This document shows positions 55,015-64,000 of a stretch of 64,000 bases of DNA, one piece after another. Source of the stretch: an uncultured virus (IMG/VR IMGVR_UViG_3300011215_000019) (lineage: Duplodnaviria; Heunggongvirae; Uroviricota; Caudoviricetes); IMG/VR virus record IMGVR_UViG_3300011215_000019, positions 1-64,000 of that record. The stretch is one strand, 5' to 3'. The position numbers and the translations under genes were made by a program. Position 1 is the first letter of the stretch; every line of letters starts with the position of its first letter. The notes beneath the pieces were generated by a model. That model saw nothing but the letters and a program-made list of their open reading frames with translations. It had not been told where the DNA came from and did not search any database.

Positions 55015-55323
55015 ATGGCATTACAACTGAAGTTCCGTAAGAAACCAGTGACCATCGAAGCGCAGCATTGGGACGGCAAGCCTGAATCGGCAACCCTGAT
55101 TATCAATTGGATCCTATCGAACGGCGGGTCGGCCCACTTTGCCTGCTCACAGCCGGACTCTGGGCCTTGCAAGCCTGAGAAGCCTCACACGATAGCAATC
55201 TCCACGTTAGAAGGCTCAATGCACGCGAGCCCTGGCGACTGGATCATTCGTGGTGTGCAGGGCGAGTTCTACCCGTGCAAGCCGGACATCTTCGAGGCTA
55301 CTTACGAGTCAGCCAACGAGTAA
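55015..55323 (+). CDS. Conserved phage protein
   Basis: KFRKKPVTIEA...GEFYPCKPDIFEATYE. Confidence 0.8.
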   Translation: MALQLKFRKKPVTIEAQHWDGKPESATLIINWILSNGGSAHFACSQPDSGPCKPEKPHTIAISTLEGSMHASPGDWIIRGVQGEFYPCKPDIFEATYESANE

Positions 55324-55430
55324 CACCTAAGCCCCATCATCGGGGCTTTTTTCATGCACCAAACACGGGGCTGGTTTCACATCTTGGGGGTGAGGAACCA
55401 GTCCCAAACCACAACCAAAGGACACACATC

Positions 55431-55697
55431 TTGAACGCGATCACCGTACACACCACCACCAACTGCCAGCAGTGCCGAGCCACCAAACGAAAGCTCGACC
55501 AAGCAGGCATCCAATACAACACCATCGACGTATCCCAGCAGGAATACTCCGACCTCGCAGACGCAATCCGGGCACGCGCCGACGAACTGGGCACCGCACC
55601 GATCATGCCCTACGTGACCATCTACGACCCACACAACAAACTCATCTCCGAATGGTTCGGATTCAACCCAACCAAGATCAACGAGGCGGTGAACTAA
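55431..55697 (+). CDS. NrdH-like glutaredoxin
   Basis: TTG start; CQQC; close paralog of 38528-38797. Confidence 0.8.
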   Translation: MNAITVHTTTNCQQCRATKRKLDQAGIQYNTIDVSQQEYSDLADAIRARADELGTAPIMPYVTIYDPHNKLISEWFGFNPTKINEAVN

Positions 55698-55699
55698 CC

Positions 55700-56005
55700 A
55701 TGGCCGAATACAAAGGCAGAGAACGAACCCACTGCGCATCATGCGCCCGACCATTCCGCAGCCGAACCCAAACAGTCAAAGACAAACCAGGAAGCGCTCT
55801 CTACGGCGCGCATGGGCTTTGCAAAAACTGTCACAGGCGAGTGCGAAAAGAACAGCGAGCATACAACACGCCAATGCCCACCGCCGAACAGCTAGAGGGC
55901 AAAGCGCGAGAAGACAAGAAAAACCTTGACTCGTTCCTATCCCGGATACGTGCGCAAGGCCAGAAAAATCAGCGTCAGGCACGTCAGCGGATGGTGATCC
56001 GATGA
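55700..56005 (+). CDS. Zn-finger hypothetical protein
   Basis: CASC...HGLCKNC. Confidence 0.65.
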   Translation: MAEYKGRERTHCASCARPFRSRTQTVKDKPGSALYGAHGLCKNCHRRVRKEQRAYNTPMPTAEQLEGKAREDKKNLDSFLSRIRAQGQKNQRQARQRMVIR

Positions 56006-56165
56006 ACGAGTGTTGCGCTGATTGCCGAGGATCCGCACCCTATTTCGTCTGCAGACGACGGAGTAGCTGCACCTGCCACGACTGGCTAACCACCCTCGCC
56101 AAACAAACCCCAAACAACCTCCCATGGGCTGATCACACAGCCAACACAGCAATAGGAAGAACCAA

Positions 56166-56384
56166 ATGAGCGACCCAGTAAACCACCCGGCACACTACGG
56201 CGGCGACACCACGTACGAGGCCATCAAAGTCATCACCGCCTGGGGTCTCGGTTTCGACCTCGGCAACGTCACCAAATACGTTGCACGCGCCGGCAAAAAG
56301 GATCCCACCAAAGAGTTGGAAGACCTCCGCAAAGCACGCTTCTACCTCGAACACCGAATCAACGAACTGGAGCAGAAAAAATGA
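56166..56384 (+). CDS. DUF3310-family protein
   Basis: DPVNHPAHY, GNVTKYVARAGKK, EDLRKARFYL. Confidence 0.9.
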   Translation: MSDPVNHPAHYGGDTTYEAIKVITAWGLGFDLGNVTKYVARAGKKDPTKELEDLRKARFYLEHRINELEQKK

Positions 56385-56647
56385 CCACCGAATACACGCC
56401 AAACCTGGAAGAAGTTCGGGAGAACTACGGATGGAACGGACACGATTCCTACATCGAATCCAACCGAGAAGCCTCCAAAGCCAAGTTCGACCGATTCATC
56501 AATCAATACCGCGCCGAAACGAAAGTTGAAGCGCTCGAAGAAGCTGCTGTCGACGCATTCAACGACAAGAAAATCAAAGGCCTTCAACGCGTGTTGATCG
56601 GCAACTGGCTCCGTAATCGCGCTGCCCAGCTGAAAGAGAGCAAGTAA
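56381..56647 (+). CDS. Hypothetical phage protein
   Basis: YTPNLEEVR, ALEEAA, WLRNRA. Confidence 0.65.
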   Translation: MTTEYTPNLEEVRENYGWNGHDSYIESNREASKAKFDRFINQYRAETKVEALEEAAVDAFNDKKIKGLQRVLIGNWLRNRAAQLKESK

Positions 56648-56991
56648 TGAACCGGTATCAGGAAGCTTTGAAGCGTGACCATGACGGTGCTGTAGAGGCT
56701 CTCATGGATGCGTATCACGCTTACGGGCAGTACCCGAACAATGAGGAACGATTCCTCATCAACACCATCGTCACAACCTACATCGGCGCACCACTGTCCT
56801 GCGCGCAGATCACCGAGGCGTTGGCGACCTGCCATGACATCCACTACCGGCGCACGACCAAGCCCAACCTCATGTATCACGGGAACGAGGTCATGCCAGA
56901 AGACGAACTGTATTCGGACGCTCTAGCCGACTACGAACACGACAACGAACTCACGTTGTACCGAATCATCCAACAAGCAACCAAGGAGTAA
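56647..56991 (+). CDS. Hypothetical phage protein
   Basis: TAATG-coupled. Confidence 0.6.
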   Translation: MNRYQEALKRDHDGAVEALMDAYHAYGQYPNNEERFLINTIVTTYIGAPLSCAQITEALATCHDIHYRRTTKPNLMYHGNEVMPEDELYSDALADYEHDNELTLYRIIQQATKE

Positions 56992-56996
56992 AGCCC

Positions 56997-57896
56997 ATGG
57001 CACGCGACAGGGCGAACATCAACACCAACATCTGGACTGATACACACTGGCGCTCACTCACCCGAGATCAGCACTGGCTCTACGTCATGCTCCTAACCCA
57101 CACCGAACTTTCCTACGCAGGAGTTACGGACTGGCGGCCAGGGCGACTAATGCAGTTCGCAGCAGGAACCTCGAAGGCTGACATTGAACGTCTCGGACAA
57201 GAGCTACAAGCGGAACGGTTCATCTTCATCGATGAAGACACCGAAGAAGTCATGATCCGGTCATTCATCCGGCACGACGGGCTTCTGAAGAACCCGAAGA
57301 TCACCGTTTCGATGGTCAACGCATACGGTGCAATTGCTTCGAACAAGATCCGGGAAGTGTTCGTTCACGAGCTGAAGCGCTTGCATGATGAACAGCCAGA
57401 TTTGAAGGCCTTCGAAAACACGAAAGTGATCGCGCTGTTGAAGAATCCAGCTCGCCCAATGCAGGAGTTTACCCAAGGGTTTACCCCAAGCATTTTGGAC
57501 GATTTACCCCAAGCTTTACCCCAAGGTTTAGGGGAAGGTTTACCCCAAACGCAGGGCAAGGCCTTCCCCCTGCCTACTACTACAGCTACTACTACATCTT
57601 CTAAAGAAGATAGAGAGGGCTCGCACGCTTCGCCCGCCCCTCCCAAAAAGCGGGGATCAAGGATCACTGAAGGATGGATGCCGAAACCAGAAACAGTCTC
57701 GGCTCTCGGCAAAGAATTCCCTCACATCGACCAAAAACTCGAACACCGGAAATTCATTGATCACTGGATAGCCGAATCAGGATCCAAAGCATCAAAGCTC
57801 GACTGGGAAGCAACCTACCGAAACTGGATCCGACGAGCAGCCGAATACAACCCAGCACCACAAACCAACCAGCCACTCAAAGGCTTCGACTTCTAG
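56997..57896 (+). CDS. Replication initiator
   Basis: IWTD.HWRSLT, LSYAGV, KFIDHW..KLDWEATYRNW; internal iterons; precedes helicase. Confidence 0.85.
   Translation: MARDRANINTNIWTDTHWRSLTRDQHWLYVMLLTHTELSYAGVTDWRPGRLMQFAAGTSKADIERLGQELQAERFIFIDEDTEEVMIRSFIRHDGLLKNPKITVSMVNAYGAIASNKIREVFVHELKRLHDEQPDLKAFENTKVIALLKNPARPMQEFTQGFTPSILDDLPQALPQGLGEGLPQTQGKAFPLPTTTATTTSSKEDREGSHASPAPPKKRGSRITEGWMPKPETVSALGKEFPHIDQKLEHRKFIDHWIAESGSKASKLDWEATYRNWIRRAAEYNPAPQTNQPLKGFDF
57468..57549. repeat. Putative P2 origin iterons TTTACCC(C)AA
   Basis: Five copies inside the initiator gene. Confidence 0.75.
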
Positions 57897-57911
57897 GAAG
57901 GAGACCAAACC

Positions 57912-59159
57912 TTGGAACACACCCACACAGTCGAACGATCAATCATCGGAATGATCATCAACACCCGCGGCGGAATCATCTCCCAGATGACACTCGACCC
58001 CGCAGACTACGCCTCGAAACAATACGAGGTCATCCACCGGGCAGCGTTGACGATGTACAACGAACGCAGGGGCATCAGCCAGCTCACGCTAGAGAACGAG
58101 CTGCGAGGCAACGAGTTCAGGGTGGATCCGCTAACCATTCGTGAAGCAGCACAAGAACTACCCGACTACGACAACATCGAAGTCCTCGAAAACATTGTTT
58201 CGGAAGCAGCTACACGTCGCAGGCTCATGGCAGTGTTCCAAGGCGCACAGCAAGCCATCGCATCACCAGTGGACATCGGCGACACCGTAGAAGAAACACG
58301 GCTCAGGATCACCGACGCGGTGGCAGGCTCCAAAGGCCCCAAAGTGTCATTCCTTGCTGACGATGTAGACGAGATCATCGCCAGCCTGGATGAGGTACAC
58401 AATTACCCGGCAACACCCTGGGCAGACCTCGACGACATCATCGGAGGACTACGCCCCGGAAACGTGTACGTCGTCGGCGCACGACCCGGCGTAGGCAAAT
58501 CAGTCCTCGGCATGCAATTCGCGCAAGCCATGGAAGCCAACGGCGCAGTACCATTCATCAGCCTCGAAATGGGCAAAACCGAAATCGGCAAACGGCTCAT
58601 CGCCAACGAAACCGAAATCAGTCTCTCCCGCGTCGACTCAGGCAACCTCCACGACCGCGAACGCAACATCATCGCAGAATGGCGGGCACGACGAATCGAA
58701 CAAGGGCGCATCGCGATCCTCAACGAATCACTCACCATGTCGCAAATCAAAAAGTTCATTCACAACGTCAACCGCAGGCAGAAAATCAGCGGCATCGTCA
58801 TCGACTACCTGCAACTAATCAACTCACCATCCGGTGACCGCCGGCCACGGCACGAACTGATCGCTGAAGCATCCAGGCAGGCGAAAATGCTCGCCGTTGA
58901 CTACGGGGTTCCGCTCATCCTGTTGTCGCAGGTGAACCGAAACAGCACCCAAAACGACGACCCACCCAAGATGAGCGACCTGCGCGAATCCGGTGCCATC
59001 GAACAAGACGCATCAGTGGTAATCCTCCTGCACCGGGCAATCAACGGGCAGGACGAAGAAGCAAAAACGAAACTCATGGTCGGAGTCGCCAAGAACCGTC
59101 ACGGCCGCACAGGATCGTTCGAGCTCGAATTCAAGGGTCATTATCAGAAAGCGGTGTAA
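57912..59159 (+). CDS. dnaB: DnaB-like replicative helicase
   Basis: GARPGVGKS, SLEM, IDYLQL, SQVNR, DLRESGAIEQDA, KNRHG. Confidence 0.95.
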   Translation: MEHTHTVERSIIGMIINTRGGIISQMTLDPADYASKQYEVIHRAALTMYNERRGISQLTLENELRGNEFRVDPLTIREAAQELPDYDNIEVLENIVSEAATRRRLMAVFQGAQQAIASPVDIGDTVEETRLRITDAVAGSKGPKVSFLADDVDEIIASLDEVHNYPATPWADLDDIIGGLRPGNVYVVGARPGVGKSVLGMQFAQAMEANGAVPFISLEMGKTEIGKRLIANETEISLSRVDSGNLHDRERNIIAEWRARRIEQGRIAILNESLTMSQIKKFIHNVNRRQKISGIVIDYLQLINSPSGDRRPRHELIAEASRQAKMLAVDYGVPLILLSQVNRNSTQNDDPPKMSDLRESGAIEQDASVVILLHRAINGQDEEAKTKLMVGVAKNRHGRTGSFELEFKGHYQKAV

Positions 59160-59162
59160 ACC

Positions 59163-59507
59163 ATGATCACCATCGAACAAGTGCAAGGCATGGGACGCGA
59201 ACAAGCCCGTGAGTTGATCCCGCGGTTGCATGAGCAGCACGACTACATCGCGTGGTCTGAGCGGAAAGAGTTCTTCCAGCCGTTCGCGTACAGCCCATCG
59301 AAACCAATCCCACCAAAGTTCGGCTGGCCAGACCTGCCAACCGACAAACACCAAATCGACGTGATGCTGATCGTCTGCCTCGAAAAAGTCGGATCCGATG
59401 TAGTGCACATCAGTCAGGTCATGGACGAATACCTAGACCACCTAGAACACCAAGCCACTCTCAACGAGGGTGGCCATTCTTTTGCCACAAACCAGGAGGA
59501 CCAGTGA
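59163..59507 (+). CDS. Hypothetical phage protein
   Basis: Operonic ORF. Confidence 0.55.
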   Translation: MITIEQVQGMGREQARELIPRLHEQHDYIAWSERKEFFQPFAYSPSKPIPPKFGWPDLPTDKHQIDVMLIVCLEKVGSDVVHISQVMDEYLDHLEHQATLNEGGHSFATNQEDQ

Positions 59508-59884
59508 CCGAGATTTATGTGAAAGCGCCCGCTGAGTTCATCAGCGCGAACAAGCGTTACCACCGCATGGTCAAGGCGAACCTGACGAAGCAATGGCGTC
59601 TAGCTGGTTTCGTTGCAGCTCGCAGCATGGAACCGATGCCAACGCCGGTCCGCATCGTGGCACACATTTTCAAGCCACGACGAGGCCGGTTCGACCCGAA
59701 CAACCTGGCCGACACGACGAAGGCTGTCGTGGACGGGTTCGTGGAGGCTGGATTGCTGGTCGATGACAGCTTCGACCACGTGCAAGGACCCGATCACAGG
59801 TACGGCGGGAAAGGCGAACCAGGGATCGTGTTCGCGTTCGAACCGATGGAAGCCGTCTGGGAACGCCTACGCAACGCCCTGTAG
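59504..59884 (+). CDS. rusA: RusA-like resolvase
   Basis: DPNNLADTTKAVVDG, LVDDS. Confidence 0.8.
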   Translation: MTEIYVKAPAEFISANKRYHRMVKANLTKQWRLAGFVAARSMEPMPTPVRIVAHIFKPRRGRFDPNNLADTTKAVVDGFVEAGLLVDDSFDHVQGPDHRYGGKGEPGIVFAFEPMEAVWERLRNAL

Positions 59885-59969
59885 CGCCTAGCTGCCCAGC
59901 AGCGGGCAAATACTCGTCCAACACTTTTCCAGCGCCTCCAAGGGCGCTTTATTCATTCCAGGAGCAAAC

Positions 59970-60431
59970 ATGCCCGACGAACTGAACTTCAACGTGCCAA
60001 TCCGGCTGAACTCATTCGGGGAAACCATCCGACGCATCGAAGCCGAACGCATGGCCGAAGCCGAGAAAGCCGTGGCGAACGGCTGGACAGAACAAGACCA
60101 CCCCGCTAAGTGTTGCCCAACCGAAAAGACCACCCAACCGAAACGTGGTGGCCGGCCAATAGAAGAACTCCACCGCCTCCACGGCAGGGCACAAGAGAAC
60201 GCATCCTACTGGGCTGATCGTGCGCGCCTATTGCAGGAAGAACTAGAACGCATCGACAGAGACCGCCCCAAGTTCGACCACGGAACCATGCAGGTCGCAC
60301 TCAAGACCCGGCAAAAAGGCATGAACCGAGAAACCCAACTATGGAAAAACACCGTACACGCGAAAGAACGCGCCGCACACTACCAGCGACTCACCAAGAA
60401 ATACCAAGACCAGATCACCAAGCGCTCCTAA
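59970..60431 (+). CDS. Hypothetical phage protein
   Basis: AGGAG RBS; coiled coil. Confidence 0.6.
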   Translation: MPDELNFNVPIRLNSFGETIRRIEAERMAEAEKAVANGWTEQDHPAKCCPTEKTTQPKRGGRPIEELHRLHGRAQENASYWADRARLLQEELERIDRDRPKFDHGTMQVALKTRQKGMNRETQLWKNTVHAKERAAHYQRLTKKYQDQITKRS

Positions 60432-60465
60432 CCGGGCGCTATTTTCATACCCGAAAGGCAACACC

Positions 60466-60804
60466 ATGAGCAATTGGAAACTAGGCGACCGAGTAAAAAT
60501 CAGCCACCGCCTGAACAAGCAGACCTGGGACCCGGAGACGTACGAGAGATTCACTGTCGAGCCAACTCGTCGATCCAGTGATCCGATCTCGGGTCGCACG
60601 GAGAAACGCTGGGTGCCAAATCCGTTTGAGGCTGAGGGCGTGATCGTTGGTCATCGAACCGTCCAAAACAACTGGGTCGACAGCGCCGGCGAATACCTGA
60701 ACTACGCCGTCCCGACCAAGTACATCAGCGCCTACCTCGTCGCCTACGACCTCCGCAAAAACCCCGTCTACGTCCTCCCCGGGCACATGGAGCGCACCCC
60801 ATGA
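60466..60804 (+). CDS. Hypothetical phage protein
   Basis: GAAAGG RBS; GVIVGHRT, AYLVAYDLRKNP. Confidence 0.65.
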   Translation: MSNWKLGDRVKISHRLNKQTWDPETYERFTVEPTRRSSDPISGRTEKRWVPNPFEAEGVIVGHRTVQNNWVDSAGEYLNYAVPTKYISAYLVAYDLRKNPVYVLPGHMERTP

Positions 60805-61064
60805 CCCGCCGTCCGCAAGGCCACCCAGCCCGCACCAACCGGGACGAACTCACCGTCGAAATCGAACGTCTCGCAACACGCGTAACCAAACTAGTCCCAC
60901 AAATCATCCGCAGCGCCACCTACGACCCAGAAGACGTAGTGGTAGCAAAAGCCGCATCCATCGGCCTACTTCACCTACTAGCAGTGGCATCAGGCAAGCC
61001 AACTCCCGCCGAAATCTACGGCCACGGCAAACACGGATACCACCAAGCAAAGGAAACACCATGA
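60801..61064 (+). CDS. Hypothetical phage protein
   Basis: ATGA-coupled. Confidence 0.55.
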   Translation: MTRRPQGHPARTNRDELTVEIERLATRVTKLVPQIIRSATYDPEDVVVAKAASIGLLHLLAVASGKPTPAEIYGHGKHGYHQAKETP

Positions 61065-61558
61065 CCGCACGAGCAATGGGATCGCACCACTCCGCACGAG
61101 CCGAAACAACGACATGGCTAACCCCGCCACACATCACACAAGCCCTCGGACACTTCGACCTAGACCCATGCGCAGCCCCCAACTGGCCAACCGCAAAACG
61201 TCACATCATCCTTCCTGAAGATGGATACGAAGCCGAATGGAACGGGCGCGTATGGCTCAACCCGCCCTACGGAATGGAAGCGTGGAAATGGCTGGACAAA
61301 CTCGCCGCACACGGTCAAGGAACCGCCTTGATCTTCGCCCGCACCGAAACGGCCGGGTTCGTCGAACAAGTCTGGAACAAAGCAACAGCAGTCAAATTCC
61401 TGCATGGCCGGCTCCACTTCCACAAGCCAGACGGAACACGCGCAAAAGCGAACAGTGGAGCGCCATCAGTCCTCGTTGCCTACGGATTAGCCGACGCAGT
61501 GCAACTCGCATCTTCCGACATCCCAGGCACTTACTTGCAGCTGCGGAGCGATCGATGA
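61061..61558 (+). CDS. Phage N6-adenine DNA methyltransferase
   Basis: WLTP, FDLDPCA, VWLNPPY, FARTET, GRL.F. Confidence 0.9.
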   Translation: MTARAMGSHHSARAETTTWLTPPHITQALGHFDLDPCAAPNWPTAKRHIILPEDGYEAEWNGRVWLNPPYGMEAWKWLDKLAAHGQGTALIFARTETAGFVEQVWNKATAVKFLHGRLHFHKPDGTRAKANSGAPSVLVAYGLADAVQLASSDIPGTYLQLRSDR

Positions 61559-61899
61559 GCCACTACACGATCACCGAGCACCTTGGCACCCACTGCCTCA
61601 TGCTTGGTACCCAACTCATCGCACAAGCCACAGACCGGGCAACACTCGAACGAATCCGCGCCGGCCTCGAACACCGCCACCCAGACAGGAAAAACAATGC
61701 CACGTAAGAAGTCCTTCAACATCAAAATGATCGGCCGCGAATACGGCGGACAAGACGACGTACCCCGCAGCTACACCCAGTCCATGGTCAAGTTCCGCCA
61801 GCACCCAGACGGGCGGATCGTTCGCATGGTCAACCGCGACCATCCATACATGCGCCTAGACCAAGGCAAACCCCTCATCCACCACGGAAAGGCCAAACG

Positions 61900-62139
61900 A
61901 TGAAAGCAATCGGCGAATTCAGCATCATTCTCGGATGCCTATACGGCTTCTACCTACTCATCGGCAAAGAGCCGAACGTCGAAGGCTGGTGGATACATAT
62001 CGGCCTCGGAGCAATCGCTTACAGCATCGGAGCATCGTTCGAAAACCGGCAAAAGCACCAGCGCGAACAAAAAGCCCTAAAAGACATGCAAGCCGTAGTC
62101 GATAGGCACGAAAAGTGGAGAAAGGAACGAGGACTATGA
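61900..62139 (+). CDS. Small membrane protein
   Basis: Two hydrophobic segments. Confidence 0.55.
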   Translation: MKAIGEFSIILGCLYGFYLLIGKEPNVEGWWIHIGLGAIAYSIGASFENRQKHQREQKALKDMQAVVDRHEKWRKERGL

Positions 62140-62330
62140 CCACCAGGAAATTGTGCGACTCAATCAGCACCCAAGGAACTTTCACCACCGCCGAACTACG
62201 AGCGGTACTCGAAGGCAAACCAGACAACGCCAAAGTCAACATCGAGACATTTCGCGGCGACCCACGCGACCCCCGCGAGGCCGGATACAAGAAAACAGTT
62301 ATCACCGTCGAATGGGAAGTGGAGATATGA
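62136..62330 (+). CDS. Hypothetical protein, paralog of 32260-32421
   Basis: RGDPRDPREAG. Confidence 0.65.
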   Translation: MTTRKLCDSISTQGTFTTAELRAVLEGKPDNAKVNIETFRGDPRDPREAGYKKTVITVEWEVEI

Positions 62331-62653
62331 GCCAACGATTCACTGACGCAGAACTCGCCGCAGAGTTCTGGTTCGCAACAGGTGAATTCAACGCCGGAAC
62401 CGAAGGACTAAACGCCGAATGGTTCGGAGGCGAAACCCGATTCACCCGCAACGACGAACTACGAGCACAAGCTCAAGTTGAAACCTTGAAACGCTTCGCC
62501 ATGCTCCCACACGCGCAGGATGAACCGGGATCGCATGTCTTCCAATGCAAGAACTGTGCCGAACGCTGGGAAACAGACGACGAGAAAAGGTTGAACATTT
62601 TCGCCCGAAACCACCAATACCTCGCGCACGACTACTGGAAGGAAAACCAGTGA
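62327..62653 (+). CDS. Hypothetical phage protein
   Basis: GGAG RBS; CKNC. Confidence 0.55.
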   Translation: MSQRFTDAELAAEFWFATGEFNAGTEGLNAEWFGGETRFTRNDELRAQAQVETLKRFAMLPHAQDEPGSHVFQCKNCAERWETDDEKRLNIFARNHQYLAHDYWKENQ

Positions 62654-62777
62654 TCCTCGCTATCGTCGGATGCCTCATCGCCACACTCGCCATCATCACC
62701 GCACTACTCGCCATCGCCTGCGTCCAACCCGAACCCACCAAACCAAAACCTTGTGAAAACAAGTACAAGGACAAACC

Positions 62778-63119
62778 ATGAACCAACGCCGCGGAGGATG
62801 CCCAACCACCGGCAAAGCAATGTTCTGGACCCGCGACCAAGCCAAACAATTCAAACGCCGCCACGAATACCGCAACCTCACCATATTCAAATGTGCTGAC
62901 TGCGGATACTTCCACCTCGGCGGCAACCACGGCGAACAATCCAGACACGCACACCGCAACGGAATCGGCATGACACCAATCCCCGAAGCCGCACGAATGC
63001 TCGCCGTCTCCCAACAAGTCATCCGCCTCATCATCCAATCAGGCAAAGCACACGGAGACAGCGACAACATCCGAACCACAGACCTAACCCAACTACAAGA
63101 AGCGATGTACCGAACATGA
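62778..63119 (+). CDS. Zn-finger plus HTH protein
   Basis: CPTTGK, CADCGYFHL, PEAARMLAVS. Confidence 0.65.
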   Translation: MNQRRGGCPTTGKAMFWTRDQAKQFKRRHEYRNLTIFKCADCGYFHLGGNHGEQSRHAHRNGIGMTPIPEAARMLAVSQQVIRLIIQSGKAHGDSDNIRTTDLTQLQEAMYRT

Positions 63120-63316
63120 ACATCACCGCAAAAGAACTCTACGGAAAACCAGCGCGTGACTACAGGTCGCTATACGAAGCAGCAAAAGTGATCTTAGAAA
63201 TCCGCGAACACGAACTGATCCAAGCTTTAGGCCACTGCGACAACTCCAAGTGCAACCTGCATCGGAGACATGTTGGACAGTGCAACACCCCAATCACCAT
63301 CCAGGAGGGGCAGTGA
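63116..63316 (+). CDS. Hypothetical phage protein
   Basis: C...C.LH..H.G.C. Confidence 0.55.
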   Translation: MNITAKELYGKPARDYRSLYEAAKVILEIREHELIQALGHCDNSKCNLHRRHVGQCNTPITIQEGQ

Positions 63317-63549
63317 GCAAGACGCGCACCACAGCAGGCGAACTCATCGCCATGCTCAGCGAACTAGAACCAAACACACACGTCTACGTCGACATCGGCT
63401 CCCACGACTGGGAAGAATCAGACGCAATCGAACTCCGCACCACACAAGGGAGCGTCTACGGTAACAAGCGCAACGGCGACGTGCACCTCGCCGGACTAAC
63501 AGCCGAAGACGTGGAATGGCGCAACACCATCGAAGGAGAAGCGCTGTGA
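63313..63549 (+). CDS. Hypothetical phage protein
   Basis: TAGELIAMLSELEP; GGAGG RBS. Confidence 0.6.
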   Translation: MSKTRTTAGELIAMLSELEPNTHVYVDIGSHDWEESDAIELRTTQGSVYGNKRNGDVHLAGLTAEDVEWRNTIEGEAL

Positions 63550-64000
63550 CCCTACGTTCTCTCGCGCAAGAACTATGCGAACCGCACCTAACCATGATCG
63601 GTGAACGCATCGGCAAAGTACCTGGACTCATCGCCGAACTCAGGGAAGCAGTTAGTGGGTCATCGGACACCGGAAGCGGTGGCAGCAGTTCCAAGGCACG
63701 CATCCTCGTAGACGCATCAGCCCTAGACCTACTCAACGACATCACCGACGAAGTCCGCATCGCCTACGCCAACCGATACCAAGATGCAGCACCAAACCTC
63801 GAACAATGCATCACCAAAATCAGTCAGGACACACACGAACCAGACTGGGAAACAACACTCGAAGGAATACTGAAATGGGCTAAGGATGAGATCGATACAT
63901 ACCTTCGCCCAAAGAAACTACGCAGACTCGACGGCGTAACCTGCCCCTCCTGCGGACAAGCAACCTACAGCGAAGACCGACTCACCGCACTCTACGTAGA
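63546..64000 (+). CDS. Probable P2 late-gene regulator (partial, not in ORF track)
   Basis: GTG start; PGLIAELREAV..GSGG..ALDLL..CPSCG; same position as 29417-30172 in P1. Confidence 0.55.
   Translation, partial: MTLRSLAQELCEPHLTMIGERIGKVPGLIAELREAVSGSSDTGSGGSSSKARILVDASALDLLNDITDEVRIAYANRYQDAAPNLEQCITKISQDTHEPDWETTLEGILKWAKDEIDTYLRPKKLRRLDGVTCPSCGQATYSEDRLTALYV

Larger units (their letters stand above)
47492..64000 (+). mobile_element. Prophage P2 (partial, continues past window)
   Basis: immA-repressor-cro, recombination and replication genes start at the att. Confidence 0.9.

Overview
High-GC actinobacterial chromosome (Micrococcaceae-like, judged from gene content). The first 1.3 kb is host DNA (paired fluC/crcB genes, a YrdB/DUF2568-like gene). 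A 22-bp direct repeat matching the tmRNA (ssrA) 3' end (1307-1328 and 47492-47513) brackets an apparently complete ~46-kb siphovirus prophage (P1, mostly minus strand) with integrase, immunity, replication, packaging, head, tail and lysis modules. A second, related but oppositely oriented prophage (P2) starts at the same att and runs off the window; only its immunity, recombination and replication genes are visible. Best leads: (1) an acr-aca-like operon at P1's left end, in which two small unknown genes each carry the same covarying double-hairpin 5' leader and are followed by an Aca2/YdiL-like HTH gene; (2) an unannotated 48-codon ORF behind a LexA box that resembles the repressor C-terminus (candidate SOS antirepressor); (3) ~440 nt of dense hairpin/pseudoknot potential behind a phage tRNA-Thr in the late leader; (4) a MuF-like head protein with an EndoU-like toxin tip plus immunity gene; (5) a tail module with three tandem paralogous small domains and a split GH18 hydrolase; (6) a mini prim-pol inside the packaging operon; (7) a conserved motif fused to the U-tract of many terminators. 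All family calls are from motif recognition by eye; no database searches were run.
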